NCBI GenBank assembly: GCA_963666215.2 | Contig: CAXWPL010000005.1 | Span: 352,001 to 416,000, forward strand | From: Acidobacteriota bacterium | GTDB lineage: Bacteria; Acidobacteriota; UBA890; WLXD01 | Reading direction: 5' to 3' | DNA length: 64,000 nt | Part shown: positions 39,226-48,038 of the stretch, piece after piece | How the letters are laid out: every line of letters starts with the position of its first letter | Numbering within the stretch: the stretch's first letter is position 1 | The notes under the pieces: generated by a model | What the model was told of the DNA's origin: nothing | Database searches by the model: none | What the model saw: the letters and a program-made list of their open reading frames with translations, nothing else | Program-made: the position numbers and the translations under genes

Positions 39226-41499
39226 CTATTTGAGGTACCCGTCGAACCAGGCAAGCATCCGCTGCCAGATGTCGATCAGCACCCAGGGCTCGGAGTCGCC
39301 GCCGAGGTGCGTCTCGCCCGGGTAGACGATCAGGCTCGCCGGCTTCTCGAGATCGCGCAGGGCGTAGTACATCTGCTCCGCCTGCGAGAGGTGCACATTC
39401 CGGTCATCGGTACCCTGCATGATCATGATCGGCGTCTCCACCTTGTCGAGATGGAAGATCGGCGAGTTCTTGATGAACGCCTCCGGAACGTCCCACAGCT
39501 GGCCGCCCAGCCTTCCCTGCCCGATGCGGTCACCGCGCCGCCAAAAGACCCCCTGCATGCGGTATTTGCTGACCCAGTTCGTGATCCCGGCCAGGGAGAT
39601 GGCGGCGCGGAAGCGGCTCGTCCGGGTGACGATGATATTGGTGGCAAAACCACCGAAGCTGCGGCCGGTGACGCCAAAGTTGCCGTTGGCAACGCCCAGC
39701 TCCAAGAGCCGGTCCATCGCCGGCACCACCGATTCCTCGAAGGAACGCGCCGTTTCGCCCATGGTAAACGCGACGTCGGGAAGGAACACGGCGTAGCCGT
39801 GGTTGGCATACACCTGCCGGTTGTAGATGTGGTACTGGAACTGATGCAGGTTGTGGCTGAAGCTCTCGTAGACCCAGAAGATCACCGGATAGGAGCGCCC
39901 GGGCTGGTAACCGGCCGGGTACAGCAGCACTCCTTTTAGCGGAACACCCGCCCGGCTCGTCCAGTGAATCAACTCGGTCACTCCCATCGACCGGTCGGCG
40001 AATCGCTCGTTGAAACGGGTGAGCTGGCGCCGCTCACCAGCAGAGTCGTCAGCCACCCAGATGTTCTCCGGCGTTGCCGCGCCCTGCAGAGTGAAGAAGA
40101 GCCGCTGCCCGATCAGGCGAATCTGCTGGATCATCCGGTCTCCGAGGAACAGCTGCCCGGTCGCGCCGGTATCTGGCTCGATGCGGTAAATCCCCTGCTG
40201 TCCGGAGCGGTCGTCCACGACCTTGACCAGAAGGACACGCCCTTCATCGCCCCAAATGACCTGGGCCGGCCGCTGGGGCAGATCCAAGACGAGCGGTTTC
40301 GAATCGCCGGTGGCGGCGTCGAGCAGGACGTACCCCTCCTCCACAGGGCAGAGGATCGTGTTGCTGTTTGGGCGCCACAACGGGCTGCCGCTGACGTGCA
40401 GGGATTCCGGGCCGAGCGGCGTTGAGCGGTCGGTCACCGGGTCGTAGAGCCACAGCCGTTCCTCCTCGACATAGGCCAGCGATGCGCCGTCGGGGGACCA
40501 CGAATACGGCGTGGTCATGATCACGTCCGCAAGCACCCTTCGGACATCACCACCGTCTACGGAATGGATCTCGAGCGTCACGTAGCTCGGTACCAAATGG
40601 GTCAGCACCGGCCAGCGGGTAAGCTTCGATGCCGCCACCCAACGACCGTCCGGTGACACCGAGTAACTGTAGAAGTTGGTGTCCTCGCCGATGATCGGTA
40701 CGGTCTGTCCGCTGGCGATGTCGAGGCCCCAGAGCTGGCTTCTGCTGTACTCGATGAAGCGCTCCTCGTAGGAGTCCGGCTCCCAGGTGGTCCGCACGAT
40801 CACCCGCTCGTCGTCCTCGTAGGGCCAGATCGGCCCCACGCCCTCGAAAGAGGTCGGGAAGTAGAGGACGCGTCGGCCGTCGGGGGTCCAGTCGAGCGCC
40901 CGGCGCCCGCTGATGTCCGCGAGGCGGAAGAAGTCGGTCCTGCCGCTGGCGCGATACCAGACCCCTAGACAGATGGCACCGTCATGCCAGGCGTAGAAAG
41001 CCAGCTTGCTACCATCGGGCGCCCAGGTGGGCGTCCACGAGAACTCGTCGCCCTGGGTGATCGGCAGGGCCTCGTCGCTGTCGATCGGTCGGACGAAGAC
41101 GTACTCACCGCGCGGCACGTAGTAGTAGAGCGTCGGCGTCTTGGCTCGTGGCTGGTAGCCGTCTCTGAGCGTGTAGGCCAGCATCTCCCCGTCGGCCGAG
41201 ACGCCGCGGGCGGCGGCAAACCTCGGTACCTCGAGCGCAAGCGAATCCTCGATCGTCAAGCGCCTGCTGCCGACCGCCTCCAGCGCCGGTCCTGCGTCCT
41301 GCGGCGCGGCGTGCAAAACCTGGCCGACCGACTCCTCTGGCGGCGCGGCCATCGCGGTGCACAGCAACGCGGCCACCGCGATCAGCCGCGCAAGTGCCGC
41401 ATACGGAATCGACGTTGACAGGCTGAGCAAGACCCCATCGCTTCGCATGAACGACCTCCGCTGCTTGTCGTTGTCCGCGCGCGTGCCACGGCACTTCAT
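39226..41499 (-). CDS. S9 prolyl oligopeptidase family peptidase with PD40 propeller
   Basis: ATG at 41499 overlaps the upstream stop. W.PDG repeats, GRSFGG nucleophile, GTDDRNV and YPGETH motifs. Confidence 0.92.
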   Translation of the reverse strand: MKCRGTRADNDKQRRSFMRSDGVLLSLSTSIPYAALARLIAVAALLCTAMAAPPEESVGQVLHAAPQDAGPALEAVGSRRLTIEDSLALEVPRFAAARGVSADGEMLAYTLRDGYQPRAKTPTLYYYVPRGEYVFVRPIDSDEALPITQGDEFSWTPTWAPDGSKLAFYAWHDGAICLGVWYRASGRTDFFRLADISGRRALDWTPDGRRVLYFPTSFEGVGPIWPYEDDERVIVRTTWEPDSYEERFIEYSRSQLWGLDIASGQTVPIIGEDTNFYSYSVSPDGRWVAASKLTRWPVLTHLVPSYVTLEIHSVDGGDVRRVLADVIMTTPYSWSPDGASLAYVEEERLWLYDPVTDRSTPLGPESLHVSGSPLWRPNSNTILCPVEEGYVLLDAATGDSKPLVLDLPQRPAQVIWGDEGRVLLVKVVDDRSGQQGIYRIEPDTGATGQLFLGDRMIQQIRLIGQRLFFTLQGAATPENIWVADDSAGERRQLTRFNERFADRSMGVTELIHWTSRAGVPLKGVLLYPAGYQPGRSYPVIFWVYESFSHNLHQFQYHIYNRQVYANHGYAVFLPDVAFTMGETARSFEESVVPAMDRLLELGVANGNFGVTGRSFGGFATNIIVTRTSRFRAAISLAGITNWVSKYRMQGVFWRRGDRIGQGRLGGQLWDVPEAFIKNSPIFHLDKVETPIMIMQGTDDRNVHLSQAEQMYYALRDLEKPASLIVYPGETHLGGDSEPWVLIDIWQRMLAWFDGYLK

Positions 41500-43928
41500 T
41501 CGGGGATCACTTCGACGCGGCGCGTCGTCGTGGCGGGCACCTCGACGCTGACGGTTAGCAACACCTGGCTGCCGTCGTCCGACGACAGGGTGGCCCGCAC
41601 TTCGCCACCTTCGACCCGGTAGCCACGCTCGCGCCAGCGCAACCGGAACCGCAACAGCACCGACTCGGAGCCGATCTCGCGGGAGTTGACGACTATGGCG
41701 GTCATGCCTTGCGCGGATCCATCGTTGGCGCCGTCGTAGGTCACCTCGAGTTGCCCGGCCTCCATCCGCCGGCTGGCTACCTCCCCATCGGCATTCACCT
41801 CCACCAACCGGTACTCGCCGTTGATCGTCGAGCCGGTCGCGAGCACGCGTGTCGTCCCGCCAGCCAGCGTGCCTTCCGCGGAGCTGTGCCGGTGACCATG
41901 CAGGTAGAGGTCGACACCGGACGCCGTCAACAGGTCCTCGAGCTGATGCGCTACCGCGAATCGCCGGGGAAGCACACTCGTGTAGTCGTAGTGTGAGAGG
42001 ACCGCGAGCAAACCGCCCGGCGGGCGCTTCGTATGCTGCAACTGATCGACGAGCCCGGGCCACTGCGCGGCGCGGAAGCCCGGGACCTCTCGCTCGTACA
42101 CCTTCTCGTAGTCGGCCGGGTCGACCATCACGTAGGTGTCGTCGGCATAGTTGAAGTCGTAGAAGCGCGGGCCGATGTAACGGTCGTACTCGTCACCTCC
42201 CTGATAGAGGTAGCGCGTCCACCACGAGTAGTGATCGTGGTTACCGGGGATCAGATAGGTCGGCACCTCGAAATCTCCCAGGGCGCGCAACAGCCGAAGG
42301 TACTCTGGCCGTGAGCCGCTGTCGGTGAGGTCTCCTGTGATCACCGCGAACGCCGGCTGCAGGGCGTTGATCTCCGACGCAATCTGGCGCAAACGCTCCG
42401 CATGCTCGCTGTTGCCGCGTGGGCTGCGGATGTGAGTGTCGCTGAGGTGAGCGAAGCGGTAGGGTCGGCCGATTTCCCGCACCACCTTCACCGCCCGTGG
42501 CGCCTCATCACGGCGTCCGTCGAGCCGGATTGCCAGATCGTACAGCCCCTCGGGTGTTGTCTCGGGGACGCGCGCGAGCACACGGAGACCGGATTGCCTC
42601 TGGCCGTTGCCCGCCACCATAACGACGGCTTCGACGCTTTCGACGACGAGATCGCGCTCATGCAAGGAGTTGCCGAGCGAGGCCTCGATCGTTGCAGGAG
42701 GGCCATCGATCAAGCACTGGATGTCGAACGTCAGACCGGCGCGGACGATCACCGGGACGGTTCCCAGAGGTCGCCGGAGCATTCCGAGGCTACGGTCGTC
42801 CGGGTGGGCATAGCGCAGCACCGGCCGCAGGTGGGTCTCGCCGGGGCCGATCACCAGCCCCTCGACGCGCTCCGGGAGCAGGTTCTCCTCGGGGTCCGGC
42901 GGCCGGTAATAGCCGGGGTTGGAGTCGGCCGCAACGGCCAGGTCGTAGGTACCGGGCTGCAGAGCGTACGTCCGCGGAACACTGCCGTGTCGGTTGGTGC
43001 GCAGCAGGATGTCCGGACGACGCGGGCGCGAGAAGGTCAGCGTCACGTCGGCGAGCGGCGTCCCGTACTCGTCGGTAACCGAGGCAGTCAGCGGCAGCAG
43101 TGGGGAATCGCTGACTCGGATCCGGTCGACGCTGACGTAGCCGCTCTCGACGATCAGCTCCAGCGAGTGTCGGGTCGGCTCCAGTCCCTCGACGACCAAG
43201 CGCTCCGTCCAGCCGGGCGACTCCTCGGCAGCAAGGTCGACCGTGAGGCGCTCGCTCCCGTCGATACGAACACTCACCGCTCCCTGCCGGTAGGTCTTCC
43301 AGTCGGCCAGGAAACCGTAGCGGTCGTTGTCGTAGTTGCCCTCGTAGTAGCGCTGCATGGCCACCAAGTCGCCGTGCCAAAGGCTCACCGCCACCGCCGA
43401 GCCCTCGAACTCGACACTCAGCGAATCACCGGGTCGATCGGAGTACAGGTAGTCCTGACCCTCGTGGTAGAGCTGGACCCAGGCGCCGCGGCGGTCCACG
43501 AGGCCATCGTCCTCTGCCTCGATCAAGTTTCCAGCCTGGCTCGAGATCACGGTAACGGTCAGCGTCGCGTAGCTCACGGAGACGCCGTCGTTGGCCTCCA
43601 CGACGACCCTCTCGCGGCCCGTCCAGTTCTCGGTTGGGGAGACGTCGACGTAGCGGTTATCCGAGAGGGTCACGCCAGCGTGGCCCTGATCACGCAGACG
43701 CGGCGGGGTGTTGAGGCTGAGGAGGATCTGCTCTGCCGGAGTGTCGGCATCCTCGAGGAACCGCCAGAGGTCGAGAATCCGCCGCGCCGAGCTGTTTTGC
43801 GGCACGCTCAGCGGCGGCAGCTCACGCAGCCGAGGCGGCTCCCGCGCCGAGCTGCCAGAGACTGGCCCCGCCGTGGTCTGCAACGCCGACAGGAGCCCGA
43901 GAGCGCACAGCAATTTCTGTTTCCACAC
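41496..43928 (-). CDS. Exported multidomain metallophosphoesterase (calcineurin-like) with N-terminal Ig/CBM-like domains
   Basis: GGAGG RBS before GTG at 43928, signal peptide. SDTH, TGDL, PGNHD and HGHRH motifs. Confidence 0.85.
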   Translation of the reverse strand: MWKQKLLCALGLLSALQTTAGPVSGSSAREPPRLRELPPLSVPQNSSARRILDLWRFLEDADTPAEQILLSLNTPPRLRDQGHAGVTLSDNRYVDVSPTENWTGRERVVVEANDGVSVSYATLTVTVISSQAGNLIEAEDDGLVDRRGAWVQLYHEGQDYLYSDRPGDSLSVEFEGSAVAVSLWHGDLVAMQRYYEGNYDNDRYGFLADWKTYRQGAVSVRIDGSERLTVDLAAEESPGWTERLVVEGLEPTRHSLELIVESGYVSVDRIRVSDSPLLPLTASVTDEYGTPLADVTLTFSRPRRPDILLRTNRHGSVPRTYALQPGTYDLAVAADSNPGYYRPPDPEENLLPERVEGLVIGPGETHLRPVLRYAHPDDRSLGMLRRPLGTVPVIVRAGLTFDIQCLIDGPPATIEASLGNSLHERDLVVESVEAVVMVAGNGQRQSGLRVLARVPETTPEGLYDLAIRLDGRRDEAPRAVKVVREIGRPYRFAHLSDTHIRSPRGNSEHAERLRQIASEINALQPAFAVITGDLTDSGSRPEYLRLLRALGDFEVPTYLIPGNHDHYSWWTRYLYQGGDEYDRYIGPRFYDFNYADDTYVMVDPADYEKVYEREVPGFRAAQWPGLVDQLQHTKRPPGGLLAVLSHYDYTSVLPRRFAVAHQLEDLLTASGVDLYLHGHRHSSAEGTLAGGTTRVLATGSTINGEYRLVEVNADGEVASRRMEAGQLEVTYDGANDGSAQGMTAIVVNSREIGSESVLLRFRLRWRERGYRVEGGEVRATLSSDDGSQVLLTVSVEVPATTTRRVEVIPE

Positions 43929-44047
43929 GGGCAGCCTCCAGCCGGCTTGCCGCGTCCGGAGCCGAAAAAAAGCAGGTCCGCACGCGGGCGCGCCGACGCC
44001 GACAACGTATCGCCTCGCACTGGCGAACGGCAGTGGCCGCGGCATCC

Positions 44048-44102
44048 TTCGAGAGTTCTTCGACCAATCTTTGAGATTCTTTCGAAGATGGTTAGGGACT
44101 CT
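44048..44102 (+). promoter_or_regulatory. Array of five 11-bp direct repeats, copy 2, in a divergent intergenic region
   Basis: TTCGAgagttc TTCGAccaatc TTTGAgattct TTCGAagatgg TTAGGgactct. Confidence 0.8.
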
Positions 44103-44159
44103 CTCGGCCGGGTGAAAGACGCTAGAGACGTGGAAATTCGAATCGAGGGGAAAGGCACG

Positions 44160-46208
44160 ATGAGGTTCCTGACCGCCGTCGTGGCCGCGCTCGTTACCCT
44201 GTCGCCCGTGGTGGCTCTGGAACCAGGAGAGGATTTCGATGCGCAGCGCGCACTCTCGTGGGTGCAGAGGCTAGCCGACGACGAGTTGCAGGGTCGCCGC
44301 ACCGGAACCGCCGCCGGAGACCGGGCAGCCGATCTGATGGCCGCGACTTTTCGCGAAGCCGGGCTGGAGCCGGCCGGGGACAACGGCGACTTCTTGCAGA
44401 GCTTCACCTTCCCCTTCTACCAGCTCGTCCACCCGAATCGGATGAGCATCACCACGCAGGGCTCGGCGAGAGAGCTGACGTACTCCGACGACTTCTACTT
44501 CCTCACCGGCTCGGGGCAGTCGTCCGGGACGGCCGACATTCTCTACGTAGGGTACGGGCTGTCAGCGGCCGGCTACGACGACCTGCGGGACGTCGATCCC
44601 CGCGGCAAGGTCCTGCTGGCGATGGAGGGCATGCCGACGGAGTGGAGTCTCGACCGGGGGCTCGCCAGCTCCATCTCCAAGGCCCGGCAAGCGCACGCCT
44701 CCGGAGCCGCGGGCATCCTGTTCTTTCCCGACCCAGAACGCGCGTCCGCCTTTCCCCGAACCCGGATCTGGTCGTTTCGTCCCGAGAACCACCGCGACGG
44801 CTTCTTCGTGGGTAGGCTCAACCCGGCAGTAGCCGACGAACTGCTCGACGGCCAGGCGGCTGCCTTGAAAAATCGAATCCTGCGGGAGCGCCGACCAGCC
44901 TCACGACCGACGGGCGAAGCGCTGCAGTGGGAATGCCACGTCGAGCTCGACCTGCAACGGCGAGGCGCCACCGTCCTCGGGCTGCTGCGTGGATCGTCGG
45001 TCGAGAGATCGTCCGAGGTCGTCATCGTTGGGGCGCACTACGACGGCGGCGGCCAGGATCCGGACGGGACCATCTACAACGGCGCCGAGGACAACGCCTC
45101 GGGTGCCTCCGTCGTGCTCGAGCTAGCCCGGGCCATGGCGTCCGGCAAGCGTCCGGCGCGCTCCGTTCTCTTTGCCGGTTGGGGCGCCGAGGAGCAGGGC
45201 GCACACGGCTCGCAGCACTTCCTCGCCACGGAACATTGGCCGCTGGAGGAAATCGTCGCCGTCTTCACGCTCGACAACGTCGGCGCCGGCAGCGGCAGGT
45301 TCCGCTTGTTCGGTGCCCGCAACTTCCCTGAAGAGTTCGACTTCCTGGCGGCAGCCGTCGACCGAAGCGTCATGGAGCGCTTCACGCCGCGCGGGCTCGG
45401 TGGCAGTGATGGCTGGTACTTCCAGATTCGCGGGATACCCTCGCTGTTCGCGCACGCCGACGCGCCCCAACCTTACGTTCACAGCCCCCAGGACGACGCG
45501 GAGACCATCTCGCTAGAGATGCTCGACGTCGTTGGCCGTTTTGTTCAGCAGGCTGCGTTTGCCGCGGCCGACGCGCCGGAGGGTACCTTCGTGCGGCCGG
45601 GGCGCCTCCCCCGCTACCTGTCACGCCACGCCTTTGTCGCCGGTTGGGCCAGGGCGGCGGACGATCCGGACTGGCAGCAGCTGTCGGAGCGGGACTTCGA
45701 CCTGCTGATCGTCGAGGTCGGTTCGCTGGAGGAGGCGGGGCTGGTGCGAAATTCGCTGCCGTCGTCGGCGACCGTCGTTACCGGCCGCAACGCATTGTCA
45801 GACACGGAGGCTGGCGCGCCGTTGCGCGTCGTCCTGGCCCTGCGTGGCGTGCCGCCTCGGGGAACCAGCGGCGCCGATCTGGCAGCCGCCGGCGTCGCGA
45901 TGCTGATCGACGCGGCAGGGCCCACGAGCTTTCCTGGCGTGGCTCGATTCGAATCGACTCGCAGCGGCCTGCTAGCCGAGGGCATCGAGATCGTGACGGT
46001 GAACGACCACTCCGAGAGCGAGCTGGCGGAGACGCTCGGGGCGATCGATGAGGGGACCACGGCGCTGCTGGTCGACATTTCGTTCGACCGGCCACTCTCG
46101 GCTCTGACCGCCAGACTGCTCGACCTCGGCCTCAACCCCGACCGGATCGAATCGCTGCTCGGCGGCAACTTGCGCGCTCACCTGATGCGCTCGTTGCTGC
46201 CACAGTAG
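44160..46208 (+). CDS. M28 aminopeptidase with PA domain and a degenerate M19-like C-terminal domain
   Basis: Signal MRFLTAVVAALVTLSPVVA. GAHYD, EDNASG, GAEEQG, LDNVG and HSPQD motifs. Ends LLDLGLNPDRIESLLGGN. Confidence 0.88.
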   Translation: MRFLTAVVAALVTLSPVVALEPGEDFDAQRALSWVQRLADDELQGRRTGTAAGDRAADLMAATFREAGLEPAGDNGDFLQSFTFPFYQLVHPNRMSITTQGSARELTYSDDFYFLTGSGQSSGTADILYVGYGLSAAGYDDLRDVDPRGKVLLAMEGMPTEWSLDRGLASSISKARQAHASGAAGILFFPDPERASAFPRTRIWSFRPENHRDGFFVGRLNPAVADELLDGQAAALKNRILRERRPASRPTGEALQWECHVELDLQRRGATVLGLLRGSSVERSSEVVIVGAHYDGGGQDPDGTIYNGAEDNASGASVVLELARAMASGKRPARSVLFAGWGAEEQGAHGSQHFLATEHWPLEEIVAVFTLDNVGAGSGRFRLFGARNFPEEFDFLAAAVDRSVMERFTPRGLGGSDGWYFQIRGIPSLFAHADAPQPYVHSPQDDAETISLEMLDVVGRFVQQAAFAAADAPEGTFVRPGRLPRYLSRHAFVAGWARAADDPDWQQLSERDFDLLIVEVGSLEEAGLVRNSLPSSATVVTGRNALSDTEAGAPLRVVLALRGVPPRGTSGADLAAAGVAMLIDAAGPTSFPGVARFESTRSGLLAEGIEIVTVNDHSESELAETLGAIDEGTTALLVDISFDRPLSALTARLLDLGLNPDRIESLLGGNLRAHLMRSLLPQ

Positions 46209-46237
46209 CCCAGCGCCAGCGAACCGCACCGGAACGG

Positions 46238-48038
46238 TTGTGGGGTGACACGTTGGAGGGCTCGGAGTACGCTTCGATATACTCTCGCTGTGGGCTGACC
46301 AGCCGCGCTTCGATGGCGGCCGTCACCACGATCAGATGGCCCTCCGGGCCAGGGGCGAGGAAAGCATTGCCACTTTGTCGGCAGGTCTGGAGTGATCCCT
46401 GCAGCACCGCCGAGCAGTCGGTGGCGGCCTCGTCCCGGCCCGAGAGAGCGACTCTCAGCCGCAGCCGTGCGACCGCCGTCCGTTTGCCGCCCGCAGGCCG
46501 GTTCCCGCTTCTCGTGGCCAGCCTGCTCTGCGCCCCGACAATTGCTCTCGGCGCCGAGGTGAGTTGCGAGGAGCACTATCCGGGCCCGGCCGCCGACGTG
46601 ATCAGCCGTGAGTGCCGCGCTCGTCCTGCTGGCAACGGCAGTGCCGCTGGGGCAATCATCGGCCTGCAGGACGACGATGCGTTCCTGGCGGCCAGAGAAG
46701 CCATCACCGAGGGCCGCATCGGGGAGGCGATCGCGCGGCTCGACCTGTTGGCTCGGGAGCGCCCGGAGTCGGCAGCCGTAGCGCTGCTACTCGGCCACGC
46801 CTATCGCGCTGCCGACGATCTGGTCGGAGCGGTCCGCAGCTACACACAAAGTGGGAATCTCGACCCGAGCGATCCGGAGCCCCTGATGGCGCTCGCCAGG
46901 GTGCAGGAGGAGGTCGGTGACCTGGCGACCGCCGCCAGTCTCTACGAACGAGCGATCGCTCTGGACCCAGAGCTACCTGCCGCCTATCGCCAGGCCGCAG
47001 GCGTTGAGGTGAAGTTGCAGCGCCATGCCCGGGTCATCGGGCATCTATCGCGGTATCTGCAGCTGCGACCCGACGACCTCGAGAGCCTCAACGTTCTGGG
47101 CATCGCCCACTATCTGAATCAGGACCACACGGCAGCCATCGAGAGCTTCGAGCGGGCGCTGCGCCTCAATCCGGACTTCGCCGCCGCGCACTTCGGCCTC
47201 GGAGTGGTCCTGGCAAAAAGGCCGGCCGATCACGAGCGCGCCCTCGAGCACCTCAGACGTGCGCTCATTGCCTTTCCCGATAACGCCGACGCCCATTACT
47301 ACGTCGGCCGCATCCTGGCCGACCGGGGCGAGCTACAGGAGGCTGTCGATGAGCTCGAGCGCAGCATCGATCTCAACCCAGACCGTCTCGACGCCCACTA
47401 TCGGCTAGGACAAGCCTATGTCCGGGCGGGCAACCGGGAGGCCGGTAACGCTTCTCTGGCCCGCTTCACGCAGATGCAGCAGCGCTCCAACGAGGCGGCC
47501 GGCGCTGAGAAGCGCCTGACGACGGAAAAGGACGCGGTGACTGCGGCGCTCGAAAGCGGTGATCTCGGGCGGGCCGCTCTGCGACTCGAGGAGCTCATTG
47601 CGACGTATCCGGACGACCCCGATCTGCTTACCGTGGCCGCAAAGTTCCGCTCCGCCAGCGGTGACCGGACGGGGGCCTTGGGAGCCCTCGGGCGGGCGCT
47701 TGAGGTGGACCCCAGGCACTGGGAAGGCACTGCAGCTCCTCGGACTCCTGTTGCACCAGGCCGGGCGACAGCAGGAGGCACGAGAGGCGCTGGAGCGCTG
47801 CCTGTTGTTGAAGCCACTGTCGATCAACAACTATGCCGTGCTCGGCAACGTGCTGACGGCGTTGAACGAGCCCGCCGCGGCGGCCGACGCCTACCGCACG
47901 GCCGCCACGCTCGACCCGGACAACCTGGCCCACCACCTCAACCTTGCCACCGCCTACAGCCGCCTGGGCCTGACCCAACTGGAGGAACAGGCGATGGCCG
48001 ACTACCACCGGTTGCTAGAGCGCTTGCCTCAGAACTGA
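46238..48038 (+). pseudogene. TPR-repeat protein frameshifted near 47726; true start probably near 46480
   Basis: Many TPR helices (A..LDP, AHYYVG, AHYRLG). One extra G in GAA G GCA; removing it joins HWE to ALQLLGLLL (ORF 47559-48038). Confidence 0.8.

Noticed and set aside
42402-44159. N-terminal 586 aa of the 1268-aa ORF 42402-46208
   Set aside because: Antisense shadow of the metallophosphoesterase. The real M28 protein begins with a signal peptide at 44160.
46272-46315. Two CTTCGAT words upstream of the TPR gene as a fourth repeat array
   Set aside because: The spacing is not a multiple of 11 and the TTCGArrATkG-TTAG ending is missing.
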